The notes under the pieces were generated by a model. The model searched no databases. It saw nothing but the letters and a program-made list of their open reading frames with translations, and was not told the DNA's origin. Made by a program: the position numbers and the translations under genes. This document shows, one piece after another, positions 63,192 through 64,000 of a stretch of 64,000 nucleotides of DNA. Location of the stretch: positions 496,001 to 560,000 of the forward strand of contig ML978125.1 in assembly GCA_010015805.1 (NCBI GenBank). Reading direction: 5' to 3'. Within the stretch, counting starts at the first letter, position 1. The number at the start of each line of letters is the position of its first letter. Source of the stretch: Rhizodiscina lignyota (taxonomy: Eukaryota).

Positions 63192-64000
63192 ATGGCGGCT
63201 TCAGAAAATTCGTTATCGGCATCCCCAGTTGCTATAGTGAATCAAGACACTGCTGTCGAAGATACACCTCTGCTTGGACATGCAGAACCCCAGAAACGCG
63301 TTAGACGAAGCTCCTCTCTAGTTGGAAATACACAACATGGATATCACACTATTCCTGCGAGTACCCCCGAGGCACCTGTCGATGTTCCGCAGCATAGCGT
63401 TCGCGTTGTGATTGGTATCCTTTCGGTATTGCTCATAGGTAAGAGGTAGCTCAATGCCTCTCCTCTCCAGGCTGTGAGATTAATTCGCCAAGGCGTTTTC
63501 ATATCGCAGACGGATTTTACATTGTTGCTCGCTACTATTGGTGATATATCGTCTGAATTCAATGATTTGCAAAGCTCAGCTTGGCTCTTCTCCAGTTTTG
63601 GGTTGGCTACGTGTGTTGCTCAGCCTCTGGTATGTTCAACTCCTCGCGCCATGAATCCGCTAATATGTCGAAGTACGGGAAGCTGAGCGACATCTTTGGC
63701 CGCAAGACGATGCTCCAAGTCGCATATTTCCTCTTTGCTTTGGGCGGTCTGATATGGTATCCACAGACCCTCTTTTCATCCAATACTCAAGTATCTGACT
63801 CTTTTCATAGTGGAATCGGGAGATCGATGCCTGAAATCGTCGTCGGCCGAGTCATTCAAGGATCTGGAGGTGCCGGCATGGTTGCACTTGTATCGGTACT
63901 CATCACTGGCAAGCTAGTAATACCTCTCGCTCAAAGTAAAGATTCTAATAGTTACAGATCTTGTCCCCCTACGAGAAGTTGCTGCTTACCGAAGCTATGT
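63192..64000 (+). CDS. MFS transporter (DHA2/Vba-like), 5' part only; runs off the window
   Basis: EDTPLL acidic-dileucine N-terminus; motifs GVFISQTD, ISSEFN, QPL|YGKLSDIFGRK, GRVIQGSGGAGM, DLVPLREVA. Confidence 0.88.

Noticed and set aside
1..64000. Transposons, CRISPR arrays, rRNA, secondary-metabolite backbone genes
   Set aside because: No transposase/RT motifs, terminal repeats, AT-rich RIP blocks, repeat-spacer arrays, rRNA-like sequence or PKS/NRPS domains were recognised.

Overview
Gene-dense, intron-containing DNA from a filamentous ascomycete (Pezizomycotina; short GT-AG introns with CTRAC-type branch points). About 27 protein-coding genes were reconstructed by hand. Housekeeping genes: RPE1, CFT1/CPSF160, an LMBR1/LMBD1-type transporter, HisRS, VPS33, ERO1, ValRS, ABP1, a NOP13-like RRM protein, an AIM24-like protein and mitochondrial RF1. 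Accessory or metabolic genes: a Cdc25/Acr2-like rhodanese, an SRPK-like kinase, two 2OG-Fe(II)-oxygenase-like proteins, a Kelch membrane protein, a linalool dehydratase/isomerase-like enzyme facing a Zn2Cys6 regulator, GT25, an aquaglyceroporin, a gamma-glutamyltransferase, an arylsulfatase and a partial MFS transporter. No transposon, rRNA or CRISPR array was seen. Most notable hidden signals: (i) a ~150-nt tRNA-like Pol III unit that does not fold as a normal tRNA; (ii) AUG-less mitochondrial-presequence-like extensions on ValRS and GGT; (iii) a cryptic spliced C-terminal tail on the LMBD1 homologue with RVxF and SILK-type PP1 motifs; (iv) the LinD-like enzyme/regulator pair; (v) a minimal two-knuckle Air1/2-like gene. 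Exon boundaries were read by eye and family calls come from motif recognition, not database searches.
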